A stretch of 64,000 nt of DNA, from the IMG/VR virus record IMGVR_UViG_3300013103_000006, positions 1 through 64,000 of that record, one strand, 5' to 3'. The position numbers and the translations under genes were made by a program. The notes below the pieces were generated by a model. It had not been told where the DNA came from and did no database searches. It saw only the letters and a list, made by a program, of their open reading frames with translations. How positions within the stretch are numbered: position 1 is the stretch's first letter; each line of letters starts with the position of its first letter. Below are positions 36,585 to 46,800 of the stretch, piece by piece. Origin of the DNA: a virus. Taxonomy: Duplodnaviria; Caudoviricetes.

Positions 36585-37267
36585 AAATTGTTTATACACT
36601 ATCTGATGTGAATAATTTAAAACAATATCTTGGTATATCACTAAGAAGCTTATCGAGATTTGTTAAAAACAAAGATATAATTATAATAATCACCCCACCA
36701 TATGGAAACTTAGAAGAAGAGTTTAATCAGTATGAGCTAATTAAAAGACCAAATTTAATCAGAAAGTATCCATATGCTAATAAAATATACTGTTGTGAGA
36801 TTGAAGAGAAAGAATTAATGTATCTTGATGTAGATACAATTATCAATAAAAATATACTAGAGCTACTAAATGGAGATTTTGATGTTTTCTGTAGAATAGG
36901 AAGCAAATCAAAAGAGTATACAAAAGGAGATTATCCGGCTCTGCTAAAACAACTTAATCTCAGGTTTACTCCTATGTATAACACAGGATTCATTATATTT
37001 AAAAACTACACTCATAATTTAATATTAAAAGACTGGAAGAAGTATACTGAGAATCTAAGGAAAGGAATATGGCATATTAGACACTCCTATGTTCATGAGC
37101 AGTTTGCTTTTTCTATGTCGGTGTCAAATAAAACGGTAAAGGAAATGACAGGAAAAGAGCATTACTTCATGTGGAAGCCTGATTCCGCAAATAGATTTGA
37201 TTCATATGTCATTCACTATGGTCATTTGAAAAATAAAATGATAGATGATATTAAGAGGATAGTATGA
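36581..37267 (+). CDS. GT-A (GT8-like) nucleotide-sugar transferase
   Basis: YLDVDTI DxD motif, YNTGF, EQ.AF, IHY. Confidence 0.75.
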   Translation: MKIVYTLSDVNNLKQYLGISLRSLSRFVKNKDIIIIITPPYGNLEEEFNQYELIKRPNLIRKYPYANKIYCCEIEEKELMYLDVDTIINKNILELLNGDFDVFCRIGSKSKEYTKGDYPALLKQLNLRFTPMYNTGFIIFKNYTHNLILKDWKKYTENLRKGIWHIRHSYVHEQFAFSMSVSNKTVKEMTGKEHYFMWKPDSANRFDSYVIHYGHLKNKMIDDIKRIV

Positions 37268-37809
37268 AAGAATTTTGGAATAAACGATATAAGAGTAATC
37301 CAGAGAAAGGAAGTGGGCCAGGAAGTAGAGGAGAGTATGCTTTGAAGAAACAAGAAATAGTGAGAAATATCATCAAAGAAAAGGAAATAAAATCAGTGTT
37401 AGATTTAGGTTGTGGCGACTTATACTGGATAAAAGATTTGAATATTCAACACTATACAGGAGTTGACTACTCTGATGTTATTATTGAGAGAAATAAACAA
37501 CTAAAACCTGAATGGAACTTTATGGTCTTTGATTTCTCGAAAGAGGATTTAGATTTAAAAGCAGACCTAGTCCTACTCATTGATGTTTTGATTCATCAAA
37601 GAGAAAAGAAGTCATATTTACAGGTTTGGAAAAATACATTAAATAATGCTAAAAGAGTTATCCTTGTATCTAGCTGGGAGAAAGAGCCAGTCTCTCACTA
37701 TGAAAATATATTCTTTCACGAGACTATTCATGATTTATTAAAGGATTTTGATTATAAGATACTCTATAAATATAGAGAAAGCGCGTTAGCAATTGTCAAT
37801 CTAAAATAA
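37264..37809 (+). CDS. class I SAM-dependent methyltransferase
   Basis: FWNKRY...SG.GS, VLDLGCGD, Y.GVDYS, DVLIH. Confidence 0.85.
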   Translation: MKEFWNKRYKSNPEKGSGPGSRGEYALKKQEIVRNIIKEKEIKSVLDLGCGDLYWIKDLNIQHYTGVDYSDVIIERNKQLKPEWNFMVFDFSKEDLDLKADLVLLIDVLIHQREKKSYLQVWKNTLNNAKRVILVSSWEKEPVSHYENIFFHETIHDLLKDFDYKILYKYRESALAIVNLK

Positions 37810-39238
37810 ATCCTTCAATTTTAACGAAATATTCATTAGAATCTGTTATTCTTTCTGTGTAGTTTCTAACTCCTATAGTTATAGAATCTTCCATATTAGC
37901 AAGTTGATATCCGGTTTTTGGAGTGATAGTTAGAGTGTTATAGCCAAATGAAGTGTCATAATAATGAGGTCTACCAAGAATTTGATACATCTCTGCTACC
38001 GCTCCTGGCCTAATATGGCTTCTTAAAAGATTTCTTTGACTCTGGTTAAGCCATGTTTCTATTACCACAGAATAATCATTTCTATCCCAACGAGAACACC
38101 AACAATCGAAGGATATATTTGTTTGACTTGGATTATTAACAGCTACAGCTGTGTTCCCGCCAATTTCATCATCAAGAGAATTAAATAATTTATACCACAG
38201 TATTAAAGAATCAGGAGTATAATTTGGATCTAAATAATCAGCTTTTACTTCTGCAGCGGTAAGTGCTTTATTGAATATCTTTACATTAGCTATAGTTCCA
38301 TACGGAACCGTTGTGTAGAAATTTTTTCCGATTGTGATTTTGCCACTAGCATCTATTACACTTCCTGAAGTATCTTCATCGATGAATTCGCCATTCAAAT
38401 AAAGCGTTCTAGTGGTGGAATTAGCTTCCCATACCCCGACTACATGGTACCATGAATTAAAATTACCCGAACCTAATAACAAAGCATTTCCATCTAAGAA
38501 AAGTTTTATTTTAAAAGTAGTAGTAGTTGAATCTTTAAGATGAATACCAAGGTCAAACGATTTCCCAACCAATTGCCAGCTAGCCCACGCTGGATCGTGA
38601 GAATTATATAAGGGTTTAACCCAACAAGAGAGCGTAATGCCATGAGAAGTTAAATCCAAATCTACTGAATCTGAGGATTCAAGATATTCCGTTCCTCCAG
38701 TAAAATAATAAGCTGCATTTGGAATAGAGACTGTCATATCGCCAGGAGTCAAATCCCCATCAACCTCAAAGGTCATATCTGCGGAAGTTGGAGAGCCCCA
38801 AGAACCTGATGAATACAATAACCAAGCACCACCAGAATAGTTACCGGATGAAGACTTCATATAGAAGCTTACTTGATTAGAGGAATCAGCAGGAGAAGAA
38901 GGTGTGATTACAATCGCATATTGGGTAGAGGGCTGGAGGCGGATAGATGGGAGATTAAACGTATACCAAGAATAGTCAGTAGGAAGAGAGGCAGAGGAAA
39001 AAGTCTGAGATGTTAGGACTGTTCCTGTAGGTTTACCGTCATCATCGACGGTCTCAATTGATATTGTTATATCTCCGGGACTGCCATATCTAGCAACTCT
39101 AAACTTTACTGCTCTTAATATCCATCTTGTATTAAGACCTATCGCACCGATAGTAAATGTCTGAGCAAATTTCCAGTCTGTGGTGCTAAGCCCTTTATGC
39201 CCATCATATTCATAATAGTATTCTATCACCTGAGTCAT
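37796..39238 (-). CDS. tail-tip protein with LamG/concanavalin-like domain
   Basis: WYHVVGVW...LYLNG...IFNKALTAAEV; C-terminal domain paralogous to 39235-39561. Confidence 0.75.
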   Translation of the reverse strand: MTQVIEYYYEYDGHKGLSTTDWKFAQTFTIGAIGLNTRWILRAVKFRVARYGSPGDITISIETVDDDGKPTGTVLTSQTFSSASLPTDYSWYTFNLPSIRLQPSTQYAIVITPSSPADSSNQVSFYMKSSSGNYSGGAWLLYSSGSWGSPTSADMTFEVDGDLTPGDMTVSIPNAAYYFTGGTEYLESSDSVDLDLTSHGITLSCWVKPLYNSHDPAWASWQLVGKSFDLGIHLKDSTTTTFKIKLFLDGNALLLGSGNFNSWYHVVGVWEANSTTRTLYLNGEFIDEDTSGSVIDASGKITIGKNFYTTVPYGTIANVKIFNKALTAAEVKADYLDPNYTPDSLILWYKLFNSLDDEIGGNTAVAVNNPSQTNISFDCWCSRWDRNDYSVVIETWLNQSQRNLLRSHIRPGAVAEMYQILGRPHYYDTSFGYNTLTITPKTGYQLANMEDSITIGVRNYTERITDSNEYFVKIEGFILD

Positions 39239-39561
39239 AATTTAATACCTCTGATTTTTATCTTGAACGTATCAGGAGTTAATAGGGTTTCAGAATAATT
39301 TTTAACAGCTATTTTCGTTCTAGGTCTAAGACTATATAAGCCGGAGCCAGACACTGGAGTTAAAAATATTGTATTACCAGATGAATATGTAGTATCAACA
39401 AATTTAGGCTCACCAAGAATATCATATTGTTTTGCAACAGCTCCTGGAGTAATATTATCGAGTAAATTATCTCGACTGTCCTTATCTGTAATGAATTCAA
39501 CTATAACCTCATGTTCTTCTTCATCCCAACGAGAGCATTTGACATATGCTATAGTACTCAT
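39235..39561 (-). CDS. tail-tip protein (possible distal-tail-like domain)
   Basis: CSRWD...PGAVA..Y.ILG.P...DT shared with the neighbour. Confidence 0.6.
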   Translation of the reverse strand: MSTIAYVKCSRWDEEEHEVIVEFITDKDSRDNLLDNITPGAVAKQYDILGEPKFVDTTYSSGNTIFLTPVSGSGLYSLRPRTKIAVKNYSETLLTPDTFKIKIRGIKL

Positions 39562-40940
39562 TTCTCTATCACCATATTATATCCTTTGAATATAGTCATA
39601 GATGCAGTAGTAAATGACTTATCATCTCCGGTGTCTTCTGTTGTTCCATCTACTTCCTGAGCTCTCGCTCGAAAATGATAAGTCGTGCTAGGAGAAAGGC
39701 CTGTAAGACTATAGGAAAAAGTACCAGTTGAAGTTAGCGTTTGGGTTGGTGTAGAGTTTCCATACGATGTAGTTAATCCCCACTCAAACCAAACATTAAC
39801 CTGGGATACGCCTTCCATCTTATCTAAAGACCCGTTAAGAGTAGCATATGTCTTGCCGATGTTTGTAGCCTCTAGAGTAGATACTGCAATATTAGCGGTA
39901 GTAACTTGAGTCCAATCACCAAAACTATCCCAAGTTGGCTCGGTTGATGAATATTTAGCTATGAAAACCCATGGTGTATATAATTCAATATGCGATAAAG
40001 AGCCTCTATAACCTCCATAACCTATACAATAATCAGGTGAACCATGATACGCCCATGAATATCCTGGAGATCGTGTATCATGCGTTTCTTCACCATAATA
40101 ATTATATGCTCCAGTTGTAGAGGGAACATTTGATAAGGTATCAGAAGCGAGAGTTGAGGAATAATCATTAGAATATAAATTAGCGGTAATTTCGCTGGAA
40201 GTTACACAAATCTCATTTTTAAACCATGTAGAGGTTGTGAATGTAACTGTATGATAGGAAGAAGAATAACCAGTTCCGGATACTCTTGAAGCAACCTTCC
40301 ATGCAAATTTAGTTGAAGATGCACCAACATCAGTATCGCAGCACCAAACAGTGTATATACCATTATTTGGTGATGCATTTGTTGTATCTGCTGCTGTGCC
40401 TTGAAGACCTTCGCTTCCATAATTACCATAATCCCAAGTATTAATTCTGACCTTAAAGATTTGTCTATAAGGTATTGAAACATTAGATATACTACGATAG
40501 CGCCCCCAACCATATTTACCATCCGTTCGTTGAACTGATGTATAAGATGATGTATAATCTGTATCCCATGATTCAAAGAAAATAAATGTATCACTGCCAG
40601 AAGAATACTGACTAGCAGCTGAATTACCTATAAACATGTATATTGTATCGGAGCCATCAGAAGGTAATTTCACCCAAATAATCGCCTGAGTGGCATCATA
40701 TTCTTCTATCCACTGAGATAATTGAGTTGCTGTAGAAGGATTATTAGTCGTACCAAACCTAATATCATCTGGAAAGTTTTCACAGTGATTATCACAATAA
40801 ACCTCACCATTAGATGGGTTATCAGTGCCAGTTCCGGAGTAAACAGTCAGCTTCATTTGATAGTTCGCACTGACATTAGCTGAATCTGTAATGTCCAGTT
40901 GTTTATAATATGCCCATCCAGTGCTAGGATTAAGAGCCAT
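39558..40940 (-). CDS. DUF2341-like plus fibronectin type III virion protein
   Basis: DIRF...QWIE...IIWVK.P...IYMF.GN; C-terminal ATLNG...FEWG...L.GL.P.TTYHFR. Confidence 0.75.
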   Translation of the reverse strand: MALNPSTGWAYYKQLDITDSANVSANYQMKLTVYSGTGTDNPSNGEVYCDNHCENFPDDIRFGTTNNPSTATQLSQWIEEYDATQAIIWVKLPSDGSDTIYMFIGNSAASQYSSGSDTFIFFESWDTDYTSSYTSVQRTDGKYGWGRYRSISNVSIPYRQIFKVRINTWDYGNYGSEGLQGTAADTTNASPNNGIYTVWCCDTDVGASSTKFAWKVASRVSGTGYSSSYHTVTFTTSTWFKNEICVTSSEITANLYSNDYSSTLASDTLSNVPSTTGAYNYYGEETHDTRSPGYSWAYHGSPDYCIGYGGYRGSLSHIELYTPWVFIAKYSSTEPTWDSFGDWTQVTTANIAVSTLEATNIGKTYATLNGSLDKMEGVSQVNVWFEWGLTTSYGNSTPTQTLTSTGTFSYSLTGLSPSTTYHFRARAQEVDGTTEDTGDDKSFTTASMTIFKGYNMVIEK

Positions 40941-40972
40941 AATTATTTCATATCTCTGTGAGTGACATCAAG

Positions 40973-41029
40973 TGTTACGAAATACACATTGACTAATATA
41001 ATACTATTCGAACCCTTCATTTCGTAACA
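40973..41029. repeat. palindromic element copy 4
   Basis: TGTTACGAAAT-N35-ATTTCGTAACA, internal ATACTATTC. Confidence 0.9.
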
Positions 41030-41139
41030 GCCTAGGAGAGATATAACAAATTTGATATACAGTGCCTCTCTCCTTGTCAAAGGTCAAAATCTTTACAGAA
41101 ATGCCTATGTTTGGTCTAAAATCGGTATGTGTCAGTGAC

Positions 41140-43899
41140 TTAATCACCAGTCTCCACCTTCCTTTTGAGTCTTTCCACCTCTGCTACTATGTCATAAGGA
41201 TGCTCACCATAATTCAGTGTTGTAAGGAATCCATTCCTGTCTATAGATTGAGTATATGAAGCTAAAGGTAAGTCTTCTGATATCCCTAATCTAGCTGAGG
41301 AGAAAGTGAATGGTCTGGTGATGTCTATATTAGTTCTGCCTTTTATGACTAATCTACCAGTCTTAGAACCAGAAGCGTATTTGGAAAGATAAGCATCAGC
41401 ATAAGCTTGAGCATCCTCAAGAGTAGTGATTGATGACTCAGTTACCTTCTTGAAGTGCCTACCATGTTTAGATATCGATAATGGATTTTCTTTATAGTAG
41501 GATATGTTGCCTCCACCAAAGCCTAATTTAAATGCCATAGAACCTGATGGTATACTTGAATCATCATAGTAATCCTTCCAAGTGACTCCACCATCATCTG
41601 AATACATTATCTTGCCATACTCATACTGACTTGATGGACTCCAGTAGTATTCCCAGTATTTACCAGAGCCTGATGGATGAGAAATGACTATCCAGTAATA
41701 GTTGTTAGGAGTCAATTTTAATTTAGGAGATGTGTAATTTTGCCAAGCAGACCAAGAAGGTTGGTATGGGACGTCACTAGCCGAGAATGAAATGTCATCT
41801 GACCATTCTAATTTACTTCCTGATAAAGGAGTATTTTCTGCATCAATATAATAACCAGTAATTTTTAAGTAATTTAGACGGGGAGTATTTGGATAATAGC
41901 TTCCACTTCCATACCATGGCTTCATGTATATTTTAATCCTCAGAGAGCTTCCTGGATAAACCTTAGTTCTCTCAGAGCTTAATTTAGTCCAGTGAGCTCC
42001 ATCATCTGCAGATGCAGATATAGTTATTTTATCGAGTCTGTCTCCGGTTATAGCGTCTATTTTAAGATAATCAATCTTAGAAGATAAGTATATCGGAGAA
42101 TTGGATTCCATGCTACCAGATATTGTTATTTTATGGAAACACTGAACCTTGGTTTCATATGCCCTTAATTTATAATACCAAGGAGCATGCAATCCATAAA
42201 TTTTGATTCTGTATTTTTTAATATCTGTAAAGTATCTCGGCTGGGAATCGGCATAATAAGGCCCTGGTGAAAAACTACTACCATTGAATATTTCCGTATT
42301 CGTTTCTCGGGCATGATACCATCCATTAGTATACTGCCCTGAAATATACCAGTAATCCATATAAACTGAATCTGATGTACTAGTGTCGGCTTTATCCCAT
42401 ATGCCATATACACAAACCGCAGAAGAAAATTTATATTCATCTATACTCCAAGGAGCATCAGTTAGTAAATCACCTTCAGCGTATGTATTCTCATCATGGT
42501 CGTACATATAAGATTGATTTTCCCAGCTCGTTGATCCATCTATCTGTATAGCTCTGGATGGGTATACATAGAATAATTCATTTGAACCAGAGATTCTAAG
42601 CCGACTATTTTCCACTATTAGATTATTGTAATTGAAATTGCTCTCGTAATCAGTGAAATCACTCTCATAGGCTACAAGAGATGCTAACGAATCAGAATCA
42701 GCTGTTCTGATATAGTGTTTGTTAATTTTTGGAGTATAGCTACCATCAGATGTAAACCAATACCTAATGAAGACATTATCACTCTGGGAACTAAATTCCC
42801 ACCACTGTCCTGATTTTATTGGAATGAATGTAGAGCCACTGTCATTGGTACCTGATATGCTGATGTCATCGTAATGCTCCATATCATCTAAATCAACTTG
42901 AATGTATTTTGCAGGAGACTGAATCAAAACTGTTCTGACAGAACCAGAAGTATAATATCCTGAGCCAGAAGGTTCTAATTGAAGATAACTACTGTCAACC
43001 GTCATGTTGTATTCTCCTTTTGTAGATAGCTTTGACTCATCTGTGAAGTCATCTTCAAAGACTTCATCTGCAGACTGCCAAATCTCAAAATTGAGAGTGG
43101 TAGGTTGGTTATCGCCTTCTGTTCTACCAAGATATAGTTTGACTCCTCCTAGTCTATCTTTAGTAGCTTTAAATCTTTGAGCTATTAAGACTCCTGATGG
43201 TATTACTTTAGATTTACTATGTCTTGGCTGAGAGACTACATCGGAATATCCAGAGCCACCAATAACTAAAATAGCATTAACTAACTTGTCATCACCAGTT
43301 TCATATGGTGTCATCTTGATGATATCAGAATCTTTAATAGTGAACTGAGGAGTATTATCCTCTGGTTTATAGTACACAAAGGAATCAGATTCATCTACAT
43401 AGAATTTATAGCCGTCTAGTTTAGCTAATTTAGCAATTGCATCTCCAACGACATAATCTGTAAAATCAATTTCAGCTATATATGTTCCTGAATTAGCATA
43501 GAGAGCTGGAGGAGTTATCGGAGTATTATCAGCTATGAGTCTAGAAACTATATAGTGGGAGTATGTGTCCTCAAATGTACCTGATGACACTCTATATCGC
43601 CACAAATCGTAAGTCTTGCCTACACACTGAATATCAAATACTTTGGTACCAGCGAGACTCTTTCTAACTCTACTAACGTATCCTGAGAACTCAAGAGAAC
43701 CAGAAATATAAATATGAGCAGTAGAATTAATCCTTATTACATCCTCTTGAGATGGCTCTAAATCTACTATTCTAATCTGAGCATCCTTATAATATGCATT
43801 ATCAGAGTCATTAATAACCACTCTGTCAATTACATTTGAATCATGAGTAAGAGTTAATGCATCTGTATTTCCAGAATTAAATATGATTTTAAAGTTCAT
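41140..43899 (-). CDS. baseplate hub / tail-associated protein with large beta-rich insertions
   Basis: Directly after tape measure; F.G.V..V...DIQC.G, FYVDE...FVYY, NAILVIGG, C-terminal G.L.I.G pattern of hub proteins. Confidence 0.65.
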   Translation of the reverse strand: MNFKIIFNSGNTDALTLTHDSNVIDRVVINDSDNAYYKDAQIRIVDLEPSQEDVIRINSTAHIYISGSLEFSGYVSRVRKSLAGTKVFDIQCVGKTYDLWRYRVSSGTFEDTYSHYIVSRLIADNTPITPPALYANSGTYIAEIDFTDYVVGDAIAKLAKLDGYKFYVDESDSFVYYKPEDNTPQFTIKDSDIIKMTPYETGDDKLVNAILVIGGSGYSDVVSQPRHSKSKVIPSGVLIAQRFKATKDRLGGVKLYLGRTEGDNQPTTLNFEIWQSADEVFEDDFTDESKLSTKGEYNMTVDSSYLQLEPSGSGYYTSGSVRTVLIQSPAKYIQVDLDDMEHYDDISISGTNDSGSTFIPIKSGQWWEFSSQSDNVFIRYWFTSDGSYTPKINKHYIRTADSDSLASLVAYESDFTDYESNFNYNNLIVENSRLRISGSNELFYVYPSRAIQIDGSTSWENQSYMYDHDENTYAEGDLLTDAPWSIDEYKFSSAVCVYGIWDKADTSTSDSVYMDYWYISGQYTNGWYHARETNTEIFNGSSFSPGPYYADSQPRYFTDIKKYRIKIYGLHAPWYYKLRAYETKVQCFHKITISGSMESNSPIYLSSKIDYLKIDAITGDRLDKITISASADDGAHWTKLSSERTKVYPGSSLRIKIYMKPWYGSGSYYPNTPRLNYLKITGYYIDAENTPLSGSKLEWSDDISFSASDVPYQPSWSAWQNYTSPKLKLTPNNYYWIVISHPSGSGKYWEYYWSPSSQYEYGKIMYSDDGGVTWKDYYDDSSIPSGSMAFKLGFGGGNISYYKENPLSISKHGRHFKKVTESSITTLEDAQAYADAYLSKYASGSKTGRLVIKGRTNIDITRPFTFSSARLGISEDLPLASYTQSIDRNGFLTTLNYGEHPYDIVAEVERLKRKVETGD

Positions 43900-46800
43900 A
43901 GCTACCAGCCACTCTAGCCTTCATTCTCAATTTATCTACAAAGTCATCCCAATTAGCCACATGCTCTATGGTTATTGGGCCCATAATATTGAATTCCTCA
44001 GTGTTTGTCGTATAAGTGACCGATGTGCTACCTCCATAAACCCCTCCATATTGAGCTGTTAATTCTGGCAGGTATTCTGGCAGATATCTAGATAGTAGAG
44101 CTCTTGCTATAGTTGGTTTTGTAAGTGGGAGTACAAGCTCTGGACCTTTCTCACCCATGAGAGCAATAGTAGGCTTCGATACTAATCCACCAAACTGGAA
44201 GTATCTTAGTACTGAACGCTTGACTGCTTCTGGAACATTCCAGCGATTAAGCTGTTCCTCCACTGCTTCTCTTACACTACCTCCAGTTCTGCCTCTACCC
44301 CCTCCAGTACGAACGACTCTGATTGGGATTTCTATAGCTGGTATCTCAGTGGTATTAATAGCATCGCGAATAGCATCGAGAGTATTTTGCACTGTGGATA
44401 TTAATAAACTGCTATCGGGAGCCATAGCATTAGTGATAGCGTCCCCAACAGGCATCATGTTTGTCTGAACTACTCCCGCAGTTGTTATGCCTACTTCAGC
44501 TGTAGAGGAAGTCACAGCGGATGAAAGCAAGGGAGTGATTAGTCCTATAACAGTTTGGAAGAATGAAGTGGCGAAATTTTCTCCAGTTTTAGCACCACTT
44601 TCTTCAGCAACTCCAGATGCTTCCTCTGTAGCGGAAGATAAAGCTTTCTCCAAATCCTCTTTGGTAATAAGTACTGGTGGAAGATAAATTCCAGATGGTA
44701 ATTCTTTTGGCTTTGGTATTTTGATGAGAGTTTTTAGACCTCTAACTGCCTCTATAAAATCATCAATTCCACTTGCATATCCTCTCCATTTCTCTATTTC
44801 TTCGTCATATAGGGGAATAACTGTTCCCTGAAGGAATCTCACAAGATGATTTTCCTTTCCAAATCGTTTTTCTAATGCTGTGGAGATATTTTCTAAGAAA
44901 TCTCTAATGTTCTCTAGTTTATTAACATATTCAGCTGGATGTAATTTAAGATACATAACTTCAAGCTCTTTTTCGAAATCTTGAATATATCCAATAGCCT
45001 CACCGAATGCCTCTTTAACAGCTGTTGTGAACTCAGTGAAGTCCTCAGCACCAGGTATTAAATCAAGTATCTTTTTCCCAGACATGACATCGTATAATTT
45101 CAGATATTCTCCTCCAAGAGTACCAAGCGTTAATGCAGCTACAGCTTGCTCATCAGTTAAATTCGACCATGATATTGTTTGATCATCTAGAATGTCTCGT
45201 ATGCTTTGTAATACTTCGCTAGCATCGTCTCCAAACCAAGCAAGTATACCTAGGCGTCTGGCAGCCTCCATAAACTTCTCGGAGATGGTCGAAAATTCTT
45301 CATCAGATAAACTTTCCCATAAATTCCATATGCTTGTAGCTATGGAGTCTATAGAGTTACGAACATCAGTTGTAGCTTCATCTAAATCGCCTTCAGCAAC
45401 TCTAATTTGAGAGGAAAGCTGTAACCATTCATAAAACGCATCAGCTACCTCTTGAGAAGCTAATCCGGCATCAACTAAAGAAGAAACATATGCAGAAAGA
45501 ACATCTCTAATATTATTAACTGCAGTTTCATAAGCAAATAAGGCATTTAGATAATCCTCTATTATGGCTTGATCAGCTGGAGATATAAAGGCCGGCATTT
45601 CAGGAATTGCTTCTCCAGCTTCCATCGCAGCTAAGGCTGTCTGCAACCACAAATCAATTTGTCTTTGTTGATCTGGAGTTAATTTATCCAAAACCGATGC
45701 GTATTTCACCTGTGCACGCATCACATCACCATAAGACTTCTCAAGATTAACTCTTGCATCTATAAGCTCATCTGTAAGTAAACCTTCTTTAGCAAGGGCA
45801 TCCCATATTGATTTTAACCGACGAGGCTCATCCTTTCTAAGCTTATATAATTTCTCTTCGGCTTCTAGGACTCGCAATTCAGCTTCAGCAAGATGTCTTA
45901 ATCGTTCCTCCATAATTTTATCAATATTATTCCTGATATTATTAAGTGCGTTAATCTTGGCTGTTAGAACTGACATTTGTTCAAGGACATCTATGTATTC
46001 ATAATAGTATTCAATCACTCTGCTAACTGCCTCAGCGACAGCTCGCTCTTCAGGAATCATTTCATCCAGCAATTTTGCCCTTTCATTCTCAATTTCCCCG
46101 AGCTTTGAAGAAATTGTAGCCAAATCGCTTGATATCTCCTTCTGCCTCTTCATGGCTTCTATAAGTTTTCCGAAAGCAGCGGATGCCTCCTCGGAGTTTG
46201 CTCCGAATTCAGCTACAGCCTCATTATATTCATTCTGATATTTCTCTATATCTAGAATCAGCTTTTTATTCTCCTCTTCAAGTTTATTTTGTTCTCTCCT
46301 CGTTTTGATATAATTCTCTTCAGTAGTCATATAGCTCGATAGATTATCAGTAGCACTAGCAGTTATTTTAGTAATCTCCCCAATTATTGACGCGGCTTTG
46401 CTCTGAAGTTCACTATAGCTAGAAGTTAAATTCATTAATTTTTCATATATCTCAGTTGTAAGTTCGCCTTCCTCTTTTAATTCATTTACTGCACTTCGGA
46501 TATCACGAATAGATTCTGCAACATCTGTCATTCTTTGCACTACATTCCGAAGCTCATAGAATTTATCGATTAACGAAGAAGCGGCTTCCTTAGCTTTTGC
46601 TATGTCAGTCTTCATTCCCAGTACTTTTTCACCGATTTCCATGAAAGCATGCCTTAGTGGTTTCCAAAATACCGAAAAAAGAATTTGTAAAGCAGCTAGT
46701 AGAGCGAAAATGGGATATAATTCCTTTTTAAATCCTTTCCATGCTGTCTTGGCTAGTCCGATAACTATCAATAAAGAGCTTAATAAGCTTAGCGTAATTT

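Noticed and set aside
34832-41029. TTCGAAT on the bottom strand of palindrome copies 3 and 4 as tRNA T-loops or attP sites
   Set aside because: No consistent T-stem, no cloverleaf and no integrase in the window; no tRNA gene was recognised.
37796-43899. Diversity-generating retroelement acting on tail adhesins
   Set aside because: No reverse transcriptase and no template/variable repeat pair with adenine-specific mismatches was seen.
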